Both the position numbers and the translations under genes were made by a program. Below the pieces are notes generated by a model that saw nothing but the letters and a program-made list of their open reading frames with translations, had not been told where the DNA came from and searched no databases. Shown here in pieces: positions 1 to 14,107 of a stretch of 56,317 nucleotides of DNA. Within the stretch, counting starts at the first letter, position 1. Every line of letters begins with the position of its first letter. The stretch covers positions 698,535-754,851 of the forward strand of contig WELB01000010.1 in assembly GCA_009602725.1 (NCBI GenBank). Direction: 5' to 3'. The DNA comes from Spirogloea muscicola (lineage: Eukaryota).

Positions 1-1762
1 TCCAGGAAGAGCACCTTTCTCCCCCTCCGGTCGACAACATAAATGCCAACAAGCGTTGAGACCACATTAACTCCTCCAATGATGACCGCTGTATAAAGTG
101 CTGCACTGGCACCAAATCCAATGGTCTTGAATAGAGGTGCAGCATAGAACATGATTGCGTTGATGCCCGTAAGTTGCTGGAAGGCTGGGATGAGGATAGC
201 CCATGTGAGCTCTGGCCGATAGGCACGCTTGAGAATATTAGAGAATGGATTCCTGACTTCAGCAGCTCTGTTAGAGGCAAAGACTATGTTGTCATACTCC
301 GCCTATACAAAGCACAATTATGAGTCAGCCATAGTTGCAGTTAGGCCTCGTCAAAGAGCAATTTCCTTACCCTAGAGTCACAGGGAGGATCAATTAGCCA
401 GGAGGATCAATTAGACAAGCCAAACGGTGCTCATGAATGGTGCCAGTCAATAAAACAAAGAATATACCTGTACGTTGTCTGTGCCCCGAATCTTCACCAA
501 CATTGCTCTGCCCTTCTCAAGCAGACCACGTTCAATCAAACTGCACGCAACAATGACATGCACGCATCGATGACACGGTCAGCTCCGATGACAGCTGACA
601 TAGTGCTGCTGGCTACCTCTCTGTTAGGGCTTCACCCCCTGGGAGTTGTTCAATGTAATGTGAAATTTCAGTACCTGTTAGGCGTTTCTGGCAGGACAAG
701 TCCGCCAAAGGTGAGGATAGCTGCAGGAACACCAGCCAAAGCGAGCGAGAGACGCCAGCCCCATGGGGTGATGCGCTCTGTCCCATAGTTAATGAGCTGT
801 GCACACAGAATGCCAATAGTGGTGGCCATCTGGAACATCATGTTAAGCCCTCCTCGGAGCTGCGCTGGCGCCATCTCAGAAAGGTAAAGTGGCACAGTCT
901 GCAGATGGTCAACGAGCAGACTTTTTCAGATGATTTGCTTCGCGAGTGCCAACCATAGTGCAGTCGGTCTTCTCTAAACAAGGTAGCAGTAGCTACTGAA
1001 GGAACGTATCAACCTCCTCTATAGCAGATATGTTGAAACCTAGTCGGGAACTCAGTCGACCTTGCTATTTCACTGACATTGCATTGACGTCAACGTGCAA
1101 AGTTATACGGCTCACGATTGACAGCTGAAGTAGCTGACCTGATTGGCGAATCCAACACCAAAGCCGAGCATAACTCTTCCAATGACCAGCATCGGCAGGT
1201 CAGCGGCACCTCCAGTCAGACCAGCTCCAAGTAGGAAGAACAAGCCTCCAATCAGCATACTCTTCACCCGTCCGAATCTGCTGGTAATAATGGATGCTCC
1301 GTACGTGCCAATCATACCAGCGATGAACAATGAGCTGGTAAATAGCTGGAGGAGCTGGTCATCAAATTTGCACCAAGCATTCTGGTGTGCTCTCTGCATC
1401 TTTCTGAGGACGTTCGGGAAAAACTTAGCCAAAAAGTCATCCATGGATGTCACTCCACCTTGCAACAACCAGGCAGCGATTGACTGTCAGGTACATACGC
1501 ATGCAAGGCCGTGCAGCCACGACCAAGACATGGCACCCGACACTACTGTACTCAAAGAGCAGATGTGTATGCATCATACTCCCCAGGGAAACACTTCACG
1601 CCAGGCTCCCCCAACGAGTTTACCTGTGATTCCAATATCGTAACCAAAAAGCAGTCCTCCGCTGGCGGCCACAAAACATGCGAGCATGACGTAGCCCGTG
1701 AGCCGGCCATCGAACTGTCTGACTGGTGCGCCTGCAGCTGGGACAAAGGCACCGCCCGCCAT
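1..1762 (-). CDS. Sugar transport protein (STP/HUP-type hexose-H+ symporter, MFS), spliced, 3' end runs off the window
   Basis: Exons ~1762-1624 (MAGGAF...[13 protein letters not shown]), 1459-1139 ([14 protein letters not shown]...FGR...[14 protein letters not shown]), 898-675 (PLYLSEMAP...WGWRLSL...LPETPN), 541-469 and 303-1 ([17 protein letters not shown]). Sugar-porter signatures with GT-AG introns. Confidence 0.95.
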
Positions 1763-2169
1763 GGCTGACGTCGAGCTTCGTGCAGCTGCCGAGAGGCGAC
1801 TGCCGAGCGCTAGTATCCAGCTGCGAGAGCGCGGGCCAGCGCTTGTGGAGGTGCGCTGGAGACAGGGCGCCGGGGGGCTTGCAGCAGGGGGCAAGGAGGT
1901 AGCTGCAGGCGGCCGGGTGGCTGCACTGGTCCGGTCGAGCGGGGGGAAAGTGAGGCCAGGGGAGTACGCCGCGTGTATGTATGCAGAGACCGGTAGAGGG
2001 TGAGGGTGCGGGAAGTGGCAGGACAAGCGGGCGGCGGCGGCGGGCCGTGGCAGCTGGGCCGCGGCGGTTGGCTTGCGGCGGCAGCGGCAGAAGGGTGGGA
2101 TTGTGACGTGCCCCCCCCCCCCTTCCGGGCGGCGCGGCTGACTAGGCTTGGGCGCCGCGGCCCATGTGT

Positions 2170-3775
2170 CACTTGCGGTTAGCTTTGACCTGAACGGAAT
2201 GAATGCTGGGAATGGCCACCCTTTTCAGTTCCATGGGACTCATGCGCACTGCGCGCCTGATCTCCGTACGAGCCGATCCCAGCCGCGGCCGCTCGAGCTT
2301 GGGAGCCCGGGGGGTCGGCACCTTTACACTGCCCGTGAGGCCCGCCCAGCGCGTCGCCCTTGACGGGCGCGTGGCAGTCAAAGAAACAATCACGAGGCTA
2401 CAAGTGACATCTATCACGTGCGGACCTGGATCACTGGCGGCGGCCGCTTCCGGACGTGACGGCAGCGCCACCCACCGGGCCAGGCCATGTGGAGGCGGCG
2501 CCGGGGTGCCTTGGCAGTGGCCGCCTAATCGCCGGCCTGGGTGGGGGGTTTGAGGGTTGGAGAGTGCCGCTGTGGTGAACGCCGTGATGAACAGGCTACC
2601 CCCATCACAACACCAAAGGTGGGGACGTCCTGGCCATCTGGAACCCGGGCTTCCCTCGCCAGCAACACGCGTCGACTGCCGAACCTCGGGGCGAGGCCGG
2701 CTACGGTGGAGGCGTTTCGGTGTTGAAGCCAATCAGTGTGTACCACGCTAGGCCGCCCGCCCGCCCGGTCTCGTGGGCCCCGACGTCGCGGCACGCTGAC
2801 GCCCTCGAGCAAGGACCTCGGCGATCTGCCCCGCCGCCGCCCCTACTCCACAGCGCGGCCGCTACCCGTGCGAGTCAAGGCCCGCCTATCCTTTCCAGAG
2901 TACGGACTCCATCCATATCTCGCTCACTAGAAGCCTTCCCCACGTCCAGCTTACCGCCGCCGCCACTGCCCAGCTGCCTTCGCCCCGCGAAGTAACAGAG
3001 AAGGCGCGCGTGGTGCGCGTCATCTGGGAGGGAGGCCAGATTACGGCAATACTCTATTCAGGCAAACTACTAGTGCAGAGTTGGGTCTACACAGAATAGC
3101 TCAAGGATGGGGGGGGGGGGGGGGGGAAAAATAAGGGGTAAAAGTAAGCAAACAGCTTCACTTACGACGATTGGCTGAAAGAGGCCAGCCCAAAAAGAAT
3201 GAATGAGGTCCGGAGAGTCCAAAGGCACGGTACGTGTGCAAAAGCACAGTTGACGCGGGGCGGAGGACGAGAAAAAGAAGCAGATCCTACTCCAAGGGGT
3301 GGCTGTGGATAACCAGCCCCAGTAAAGAGCGACTGGCGCACAGGCTTGAAGAAAGCGTGTGTATTAAGAGATGAAGGGCCTGTGTCGCCAAGTACAAAGG
3401 CAAGCACATTGACAAACACACCACACACACGCACACGCACTCGCACACACGCACAGGCGGAAGGAGAGGCCCCGGCCGCTCAAGGCGGCGCGGCGCCGCG
3501 CCGCCCCATCCGTTGTTGACCGGCTCGCCCGACGGCCCCCACTCCTCACGTGCTCGAGCCGCGGGGCCCGGCGAGCCCGCCCAGCCTTCCCACCGCCCGC
3601 CGCCGCTTCTGGCACCCTCTGTACGCACATGGCTGTCCTTCAGAGCCGCTCTTCTAACGTCAGCAGCCGCATCCTTTCTTCTGGCGGCCCTCCGGCACCA
3701 AGAGCGCACCTGGCTGGCCAGTACAGCCGCTAGATTACAGCCGCTAAATATCAGCAGCCGCAATTTTCTCCCTCT
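2170..3775. mobile_element. CRE-like 3' ends upstream of the STP gene
   Basis: Type C at 2170-2257 and 2999-3080, type B at ~3172 and 3300, type A at 3352-3420, and a 7-nt-loop B variant at 3630-3682 and 3708-3775. Confidence 0.7.
3109..3126 (+). repeat. Poly-G tract (G-quadruplex-prone)
   Basis: Run of about 18 G. Confidence 0.9.
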
Positions 3776-4943
3776 TCTAGGCGCCAGCCACGCCGTGCTT
3801 AGGCCCTTGTCCCACCCGGGCCGCCGCCCGTGCCCCGACCCCCTCCCCTTCGCCACAACCCCGCAAATCTACTTGGCGGGCATGTGTTGAGCCGGTGAGC
3901 TGGCCCGCTTGGCTGCCGCCTCCTTGCTTGTTGCCGTGGGCTACCTTGTCTGCAATTGCTCCTCCTTCACGCGCGCCTTCTTCTCCTCCTTGGAGCCCGT
4001 TGTCAGCTCGCCAAACAAGCTGCCCTGTTCAATAGCCTCAGTTGCCAAAGCCTATACTAGTGTTTAAACTCCAGCAACTAGCAAGCAATTTTTAAATGAT
4101 CATATGAGATTCATCCTTAGATGGCTCAGTGAGAGCAAAGTATTAAAAGTCCTTGTGTCAGTGATTCAAATTCACTTCTAGACAAGCGAGAACTAGGCCA
4201 ATGATGGAATCGAACTGTCATCTGTAGATTTGCAATCCAATACATTACCTTGGTGTTACTTAGTCATAAACATGAAAGAATAATGAGGTATATGGAGTAT
4301 CCAACTTTGAGTGTACAAGGTTTGCGTGGAAGTGTCATGGAGTGCTGTATAAAAGGAAGAAACAGAGAAACGGCAAGGCAGATACGGGGCTCACGAACTC
4401 TGTGCGAATCTTCATTTGCTGACTGTAATGAATTTGCACAGAATCACAGGCTAGCGGCAAGAAACATGCCAGCCTTTGGAGTGCTTTGCAGGGGAGACAT
4501 GTCTAAGGGTTTCGGTTGCTGAGCTGGTGCTCCATGGAGTGCTTTCTCAATCTTTGGCATCGGGACTCAAGCTGAACACTAGACAGACCGCTTAGCCCCT
4601 GGCAATTACCATGTACCCTTCAAATCACGCAGTATGCCATGCCACTAGAAGTAGAAGGAGCTCGCAGCGCACTGCCAAAGCAAATGCAGGGAGAGTTGCA
4701 GCCTGCAGACCGCAGACATGTTAAAAGTATGTTGCTGGTACAGAAGCAACATGGCTGGTACACACGCACGTGTATGCAGTCAAGCTTGGATTTCCAGAAT
4801 CAGCCATAGATTGATGTAGCTACTGTTGTCTACCTCTTGTATTGCAGTTACGCCCAGCTGATGCCTTGATGATTGACAGTTTTAGGACTATCCGCGATAA
4901 GTGTTGTTGTACTTTTTGGGCAGGCAATCGTGATGTTTAACCC

Positions 4944-7900
4944 TCATAATAAGACAAGGGGTCCACCGTAGACATCACAGACAAGTACCTGCCAAAGTTT
5001 CACAAATCCTGAGCAAATTGCACATTGTGCATGCATTACCGTTATGGACTTGCTATGGGGCTATTTGCAGTACGTCAGCATATCCAAGAATTTAAACGGG
5101 TGTAGATAAGACCAGCCATAGATACCAATATAACAGCAACATGACAGCAGCAAGCACCGATGTAGATCTACCACCTGCACGGGAAAACGCGCATGTTCCT
5201 CCACTTGACTCCAGAACGGGTCCACATCGGCTAGCCTGTCTTGGATCACAAGTCAGGTGTCAGATCTATGCAAGGGAGAAGCAGACCTTGAGTGCTAACT
5301 CTTCAATGGACTCCAATTTGACTACCACAATCTTTGTGAAAATTGCTCTGTGGACGGGTTACCTGCGGAGTCTTCGCATGAGAAAGTAGATCTCCTCAAG
5401 ATCTGACTCAACCTTCCCTTGTACGTACTGCAGCACAACCTGCTCTAACAAGGCCACAAGCTGCTCCTTGGGCTCAATCTTGCTCTGATGTTCTGCCAAT
5501 GGCAAGCAGGCCAATGCCTGACTCAGGCTTTGACGACTGTCACGGGTGTAAGAGCTTAACAAAGCTTGCAGCTGGCTACCCTGCCCAAATAGCCATTCCT
5601 CTGATTTCAATAACTGCACCCACTCAGGAGGATCTCCGTTCCAAAGTCCTGTGGCTTGCTCATGGCATGCTGGAGTGTGATGAATATCTTGGTTTGCCTG
5701 AAGCTCTGATCTTGTTTCTGGTGAGCCGTTTGCCTTTTGCAAGCTCATAACATTCACCCCTCTTTGACCTCGAGGAGAGTTCATCAGTGGACTATATTGT
5801 TGCTCAGCTGGCGACGAAGGTTGTGCAATTCGCACCTCCATAGGGAGTTGGTCAATCATGTGGTCATCATTCTTTCCATTTTCAGTGATGATAGTGCTGG
5901 CCTTGTTGACAAGATTTTCTTGCAAGAGCATCGCACTTCCGTTCTGCTGGGCATTGTCTGTTTGAGGGTGGCCTGCTCCTGGGCTGAGAACCTTCTGGTC
6001 TTTTACAACCTGCAAGAGCGTCTTCTGCCGCTTTGCAAGTGACACCGCGGTGCCAGCCCTTGTGCTCTTGCCTCTATGCCTGCACAAAGGCTGGTCATTA
6101 CTGCATGCACTGTGTAGATGTTGTTCATCAAAATCAGACGACTGTCCGGCAACATTACATCGTCTAACAGCAGCTAAACTTGCAGACTCTGAGAATTTGG
6201 TAGAGAAAATACAAGACTGGTCCATAGTACTCACCTTTGCGCAGTCTCCCTATTTGGAGGGGAAACAGACCCTCTGCTACTATGCAGCCGAGGATAATTG
6301 TCCATATATGCAAGCTCAAGCTCCCGACGAACAGGTAACGGCAAGGCATCCAATACTTCTTGATCCAGCTGCATTTGCAGCGCAACAAGGCATGGGTTCT
6401 GAGTAGAATGGTCAGCGTAGCCCGTTTCATTGGATGAAAGACAAAGGTGACCAAGTATCTTAACATATCACAGGGAAGTGGAGCACCTGCGAAGCAGGAG
6501 GCAATGCTGATATCATGCCCTCATTGCCGATGATGTCAGGAATATCATGGACAGACTCGATTTTGTTGATGGAGTCGCCCTTGGTAGCTCCACTGCCTGG
6601 CGAAGGAGAAGTGATAGGCACACCGATAGTGTGCACTGCAGGACTAGCGTCTGGCAAAGATGGGTATATTGCTTTCAGCTCCAACAGGATGTCACTTGGC
6701 AAGTCCATGATGACAGACTGGTCCAGCTGGGAAGCCCTTGGTGGAAGCTCAAGAGCTCTTGGTGCAATCTCCACTGAACTTGGAGGAGTACAAGAGACTG
6801 TCGGATCATTAGGCGTTTCTAGAGGCCCAGGTGTGGATCTTGTGATGCCAACTTGCTGCACAGCTTGCCCCGTCAAAGATATAATATTGGAGTCCAACAA
6901 TGTCGCAGACTTGGCAAGCTGCCGAGCTGCTTTTGCAGTCTCGTCCCCCTCAGCTAGAGGGTGGGGGACTGATGAGGGGGGGAAGTCATGGGGGTATTCA
7001 GCAACTTCCCCTCCCTCTATCGAAGGGGGAATGAAAGCGTGCATGGAATGATCTGCAAGTGACCACACAGCCAGAAGTGAATCATTACACCATACTGATA
7101 CCTACTTTTCTACATTGTGGCAGCAGTCTTGCCATGTCCTCAAGACCTCAGAGGCAGGTTGTTTAGCTAAGGGTCTGTGAAATCGTTACCGGTAAGATGA
7201 GCAGACCCAGCTGATGGCAAATGCTCCAGCCGCGTGACCTGCAAGCCCATACCCCTCACCTCCAGCGGATCCAGCCGGAGAGAATCCCAGAGCTGCTTGG
7301 CAACCCGCTGAACGACCAGCGGAGAACTAGTTGAAGTTCCAAGTGTTGCAGAACGACTCATATTGTCACACCATCCGCAACCCATAAACTTGGAAGGCTC
7401 CTGTGCGCCTGGCTTCCTCTTCTTTGCCTGAGCACAGAGCATGTGAGTTAACAGTGTCGCACTTGCCAAGATATTGCAGAGATCAACTAGAACTTTGTGA
7501 GCCCATATGGCACAAGGAGGTGCTCAAAATTGCCACTTGAGAACAATGACTGACCCACCTTGATTGTGAAGGTACGGCCTTTCATGGACGCCTCAGCAAG
7601 TCTTGCACAGACCTCGCGGACAAGACCTTCCAGAAAGTTATGGCCATCCATCTCACTCTTGAAGCGGACACCCCAGTTGACTTCGGCCCCTATCGATTTC
7701 CTATCCTGCGCAGCTTGCACTGGCCTGTTGTCCTCTCCACGGGCAAAGCAAAACAACATGTCACCAGTCTTCATCCCAAATTCAGTTCTCAACCATTCCT
7801 GTCATAAGCGTGCAAAAGAAAGCAGCACACGTTATACTTGATGCGAGCACTATCCCAGGCAAGATGCTAGACTCAACCCTGTGCACACAAGTAAAATTCA

Positions 7901-10900
7901 CAGAGGCAAGCATGCAATATGAGCCACAGTTTTTACAGTATGAGCTACAGTTCCTACCTTAGAACGAGCTCGAAGCTCAGAGCACGTATCTATCCCCTTT
8001 GCTCTAAGCTTTTCCTGCAGATTCCACCCAACACCATGCAGATCTGCGACCGCCAGGTTGCTCATGAATGCAGCAACCTGAGTGCATACCCACTTCCATG
8101 CTTAAGTCTTACATTTCACCACAACTGAGAGTTGAGTATGTCCAATAGATGCCAAACACAAGTCCAAATACAATTCGTGGCTGCATGCATATGCCTCCTG
8201 CATGACATGTGCTGAATAGGTTGCCACCTCATCTTCTGGAAGATAGAACAACCCGTTCGGTTTGGCCCTGCGGGTGGCTAGACGAGCCAAGAGTGGGTTG
8301 CTTGCTACGCCTGCACTTGCTGTGCAGCCCGTGTTTATAAATATCTCATGCCTAATCTTGTGAGCGATTGCCTCTGGATCTCCAAGTCCAGTGACGTCCA
8401 AGAAGGCCTCGTCGCAACTGAGAGCCTGAGCACGGAGGTGGCATCAATAAGGGATGACCACAGGTTTTGCTTCAAGTTTTCATCATCACTAACTACTGTT
8501 CAGTAACATGAGGGTTCCACCTTATTCCTGACATCAATACCAGCCTCCGTGGTTGTGTGACACATGGGTTGCTTATTGATGCTTGCCTGTACAATGTCTG
8601 TGTAGCGGTGGAGTATCTCGTACAGTGTGTCTGCAACTTTCTGGTAGCCTTCGAAATCGTAAGGCACCACCACCAGCGAAGGGCACCTTCGCTTTGCCTC
8701 CCTCATGAACATGCCAGCCGAGATGCCAAACGTCCTGGCTGCATAATTGGCTGATGAGATCTCTGCAGAGCCATTAGCATTGTCTGAGTGGCACACAGCC
8801 ACGGGCTGACTTGCTAGCTCTGGCCTGTGCCGAATGACAGCTGAGACAAAGAAGCAGTCCATGTCAATGTGAATAATTGCTGGAGGGCCCTCCTTCACTC
8901 GTATATTTGTTGACGGTGCATCGTCTGCTGCCAAAGCCCTGGAGTTCAAGTATCTATTACGCCAAGTCCCAATAAAATGTAGCCTGGAATATTTGTAGTA
9001 GTTCTGGATGAAGTTTGGATCGTCCTGCGTGGATCTCGAGCGGGGAGCACGTGGCTGCACAAAGAGCCTGGAGCTTGCACTTGCATCGGAACTATTCTTT
9101 CCCTCCGCAGCAACATCATTGAAGACTGGCTCTCTTTCCCCCTCATTGTCCTCCACATTTAGCAAAGGACTTGCGGGTCTTATCCTCCCAGAACAATGAT
9201 CCCTGTGGCCCTGTGGCCTCTGCTGGTCCAAGTCATCTTCTTCCTTGTGTTGCTCAGATGGTGGTTGTTGTCTGGAGTAAACAGGTGATTGCTCACTCGT
9301 CTGGGCTTGACTTTCCTTGCCAATGGGATGGTTGTCTGCATGTTGTGGACTGACATCATCATTTGATGGTTTGCTCTCAGGTGCATCTGTGAGGTGCCCG
9401 TTAACAAGCTCAGACTTTCTACCGGGAGATATATCTGCAAACCCTTTTCCCTGCGAACCCTCCTGTCCATCCCGAGCTTGAACAGACGCCGTACTCTCTT
9501 TAAGAAAGCCACTGAGATTTTGCTGACCAGGATGATCATATGCCAGCCTCTCCAGCTGGTAGTCACTGGCTGCACAGCAAAGCGAAATGGCGGCTGTAAG
9601 TAAAAGCATTACTTAGTTGTGATGCCAGCATAGATTGTTGACAACAGCATTCAGGTTCTACTCACTGACACCTGCCCGTGCTTTCTGTAGATGTGATAAA
9701 TATGATAAATCGGTGCAGCTACTATTGTTGCAAGCTTACAGTGAATGTCAGTCGCACACACATACCACGTAGCAACCTCCCGGCCTTTATGGAATCAGTC
9801 ACCCATCCAGGCTTGACAATTGGTGGCAATGACCACATCTTTCTGCAAAGCTAAAGCTGCAGTAAGGCAGTGCAACCCCTGCTACATCTTCAGACTCATT
9901 CTAATGCACATCATGCACTGTCTTTGGTGCAAAAATTGGTGCTGATGCATGGCTTTCCTGAAGACTGTTGATTTAGTGTCCCAGCATAGCAAAGCAAAGC
10001 AAGCAATGCAGCAACTTGCACCTGTACTCTTTCAATTTGCCGTCTGGCAGATTAGCACAGACAATGTGAGTCACTCGTTCCCGGGAGTAGTAATTCTCGA
10101 AGAGGCCTCCATGGCACATCATCAGATGCCGCAACTCCTGCAAACAATGAAGGCAATTAAGCACCAGTTTCGCGATTATCCAACTATGCTCTTCTAGCTC
10201 AAATGTAGCTGACAATGGTCGACTTCAAGATTGGGACTGACTTATTTCCCACTGACCTGATGAGACGGCACTGTATACCCGTTCACCCAGATGGTAACAC
10301 CTTGAAAGATGTCAGTCTCTGCTGGTCGCCTTCATAAGAATCCACAACTGTAAAGTCAGCATTAGTGGAAAGTCACAGCTGCGCATAGCGACATGAAGCA
10401 GAAACGACACAAGCTGTGTGGAAGTCACTAACCTGAACAGGGTCTCGCCAGCCTGATTGTTCTTGTACTGCTCGCGCAATTTGCGGTTCTTTTCGTCCAT
10501 GTACCTGCAGCTTGCCGTGACCACACATCAAAGAGGCACCTGCTCCCAAGGACAGGGCCGACACTGTCTGTCGACAGAGAGCATGACTTTGGTACTGTCA
10601 TTCATCTGCCACAAAGCTTTGGTAGGACGAGAATTGCGCAGCAAGTGCAGCCGCCAGCATGATGAGCACGCAAGGCGTGTGAAACCAGCTTAAATTTGTC
10701 TTGAGAATAAGCAAAGCCTGAAGCTATTATTGCTTTAGGTGCTGTGATACTTGCCGATGAGAAGGGCTTCTCGGGCAGGCCATAGCTGGTTTGAGAATCG
10801 TGACGCTCACTTGCCCATGTCGCCGTTCCACGACGCATTCTCGCCCTTCTGCAGGCTCTCCCGCCGGCTGACACTCTCCTGGCGCTGCGGCGACCAAGGC

Positions 10901-11073
10901 GGCAGCGCCACAACGCCCAAGCCTCCGCTCTGCCTGGTGCCGGCGCCTCTACCTCGTCGTCGTTCGCCCGGACCCTCCCCAGCAGATGGTGTCGCTGACA
11001 GTCGCTTCGGAGGCGACGGCCCTGCAGCGACCTCATCACAGGCTGGGACCGCTCGCGAGTGCGGCGCCTCCAT
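4944..11073 (-). CDS. REV1: DNA repair protein REV1 (Y-family deoxycytidyl transferase), multi-exon
   Basis: BRCT (IFQGVTIWVNGYT, ELRHLMMCHGG...VTHIVCANLP, IVKPGWVTDSI), N-digit SRLHFIGTWR, catalytic IHIDMDCFF and SCDEAF, RKSIGAEVNWGVRF, KFMGCGWCD, UBM-like repeats and C-terminal DLEEIYFLMRRLRR. The start codon and last exon are approximate. Confidence 0.95.
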
Positions 11074-11261
11074 GGCGCCGCTGCGGTGCTCTCCGGCGGC
11101 CGCCGCAGCAGCGGCACCATGGGGCTGCCTGCTTGCCGCAGTGGACTCAGGGCGGAGGCGGAGGCGGAGGCGGAGGCGGAGAGGTAGCTAAGGGTTTGTG
11201 CTAGGTTTGTGCTGGAGATCAGAGCCAGGGTTGGCGTTCACTGGAGTTGCGATGGAGAATG

Positions 11262-11440
11262 GACTTTCGTGTGTTTAGAATAACCGAACGCCAGAACGTC
11301 AAAGTACAAAGGCAAGCACATCTGATGACGTACATCACCCACTGCAAGTTTTAACCCGCTCAGTAACCACTGGCCAATACGTATAGGTCGATGATCGATG
11401 CCTGCAGACCAGACAGGCAAATCCCAAGCCCTTCTACCAC
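11262..11440 (-). mobile_element. CRE-like non-LTR retrotransposon, short 3' fragment (type A UTR)
   Basis: ORF terminus (...DLYVLASGY*) plus the UTR motif GTGCTTGCCTTTGTACTT...ACACG shared with the long copies. Confidence 0.75.
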
Positions 11441-11934
11441 CAACACGGGAGAACGGATTCGGTGACTGCGGCTGCTTTCGAAGAATTTGGACTCTAGGAT
11501 GCTCATTCACGCTGGGTCTGCAAGCTTCTCCACAAGAGGTTAGTAGGCCTGAGCTCGAAGGCTGTACAAAAGACGCACTGAGTTGAAGCACTGAGTTGAC
11601 GCGCTGGATTAACTCCTGGATAATCGCCTTGGCAGCTGCCGCACTCGTAATTCTTTGTTCTAGACAATCCCACGCTAAGGTTAGTGACCAACGACTGACT
11701 CATATCACACGTATGATATCCTGCTGCATATGGAGATGGTGGAAGTATCAATAGTGCAAGATGAGGTAGATGGCCTCGAAATCCAAGCAGAGTGACGCTT
11801 TGTCACTGTGCACTCTGTATTGCTGTGAGTGAATTGAGACTGCACTTGGGAGCCAGCTCTCTGGCCAACAAAGTGCCCAACTATATACCTGTGTCATCAG
11901 AGCACGGAAAAAAACAAGGCTGCTGAAAATGCTA

Positions 11935-13866
11935 TTATTCTGCAGGGGTGGCGGTCTCCCGAGCCTGCATCCGCAGGTGCTCTAACCTGCTAGTGAAGAA
12001 GTCCACTTCGGGAAGAGGTGGCAGAGACTCCGATTCCGCCTGATCGAGCCCGTTCAAACTACTACAAAGGGGCGACACTGAGGTTTCTGATGACATATCA
12101 CCCCGTCTACCTGACTCTTGTGAGGGCGACCCACTGCTCACCGCCCAAGGATGGTCGGGCCCTTCCAGGATGCTAGTGGGCGTGTCTTCGTCTCGACGGC
12201 AGTCGAACAGAGACTTGGGACTCCATCCACGCACCGGGGGAACATCGAACGGTTTCCACTGCTTTGCATCTTCTAGCTGCCAGCCGTTTAGATGCCCCCC
12301 CCCATTGCCCGGCGCACCAATTTGGCTGCGGGCGTCAAGATCGTCTTCTGACATGCCACCAACCAGGGGGCTTGGAGGCTGCGATTTTGCTGTCCTGGAA
12401 ACCACTGGCAGCGACTCCGCAATGGTTGTCCTGGCGTTGTCAAAGCTGCTGCTTTGAGGAAAAGCTGAGGTCGTTGCTCCAAAGCCTTGCATCTCCTTTC
12501 TGACTCGCTCACCTTTGACCCGCTCCTGCTGTAGGAACTGAGGGTCATTCAGAATGTTGCATATTGTGGTAGCCTTGCAACGTACAGTCTGCCCACGGTC
12601 AAAGCTGCACAAAGCCATAGAGACATGTTTGATCAGGTTACCTGGTGGCGCAGCATTTCACTAACTAAGGATCCACTGCACACCAAAACTCCTGAGCCTC
12701 TGTCGACCTTACTATATGACATGTGCTGGTAAGTAAGACTCTCAAGCAGCGTGCACTGGGTCAAGATGATTGATATCAATCTAGAGATTGACTTACCCCC
12801 TTTGATCATGGTGTGCAAATCTGCAGAGCTCCTCCAGGATGACCTTCTCTGATGTCCACTCTATCTGGATGCTGTCAGGACCGTGTATAATCAGGTACTC
12901 CAAGAGTGTCAGCGCTTTGAGCACCTCTCTCCAATGCCGCCCACCTGCTTTCTTTGCTAGAGCCAACCTGCATCAGAACCCAACTATCCTGCTCAATATC
13001 TGCAGAGCGAACAGCGAACAGCAAAGTGACTGCACAACATTGCTGATGGTGGACAACATGGACGACAATGCCGCATAACGGCTCCTGGTTGCTAAATTGC
13101 CAACATTGAGAGCAAAGAGCTGCAAGTTGCACTCAGCTGAGCAGTTCACATTGCATTGTGCACCTCAATGACTTGGAGGACACAATATGTGAGCAGACCA
13201 AGACCTCATGGCTGCACACCTTGCTAAGGAAAGGGTACGGTCATACTGGGAATCTACCGCTGGTAGACGACGCTCAAGATGCGATGGCACTCCGAGGGTT
13301 GCCTACAAGCCTTCACTAGCACACCCATGATCCTCGACTCTGGGCCCCAGGCATCTGCGTTGGTTGCCTCTTCCGCCAGCCTGGGCATGGAAGCAAGAGC
13401 CAGGGGCCAGAACCTCATCAGGAGGAGCGTGGCCAGGCCGCGGACACTTCAGCGGACTGACTGCATCATGACCAGTGAGATGGACAATACCGTTCACTGT
13501 GGGCCACGCCGACCACACGGCATGACCTCGAGCAACATGAGTGCCAACATTCCCATCATGACCGACAGGCTCACGTGAGGCCTGCTGGCACAGCGCACGA
13601 TGGCTTTCCTGCAGGAGGCTGCGAGCGCCTCTTAGCCTCGTGCCTGTCGTGCAAGGAAATGCATTTGCGACTTCTGTTCGTGGTTGCTATACATGTGGAC
13701 TGCAGGCTGGTCCTGTACCACTGTCGAGGAGCTGCAAGGAGGGGCTCGGCTCGGCTCCTTACAGCTGGTTGGTGCTGACGCTGGAGACCGCGAGGCGCAG
13801 CGCGTTGACCTTCTCCCGCCAAAAGCCTCTGGCCCGCGCGCCGACTACCGCAAGGCCCGCCTCCAT
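11935..13866 (-). CDS. ENTH-domain (epsin-like) protein, 4 exons
   Basis: MEAGL...FWREKVNALRLAVS / LAEEATNADAWGP / HWREVLKALTLLEYLIIHGP / FDRGQTVRCKATTICNILND...QER, which matches the ENTH consensus, followed by a disordered C-terminus. Confidence 0.88.
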
Positions 13867-14107
13867 GTGGCCGGCTTGGCACGGGCTCGCCGAGCCGGCT
13901 GCAGCTTATGGAGCGGCCTCGCTGGTGCACCAAACAGTGGCGCGAGTGTGCCGATGGAGCAGGAGGATGGCGGCCGGGCCGGCGGCGCACCGGCGACGAC
14001 GGCGGCTGCGGCGCGAGAGGAGTAGCGCCCGCCACCTGAGTCATGCCCTCGGGAGGGGGTCGGCGTTGGCCGGCCCGCGGAGGGAGTGGGCAGTCGGGAA
14101 TCAAAGA

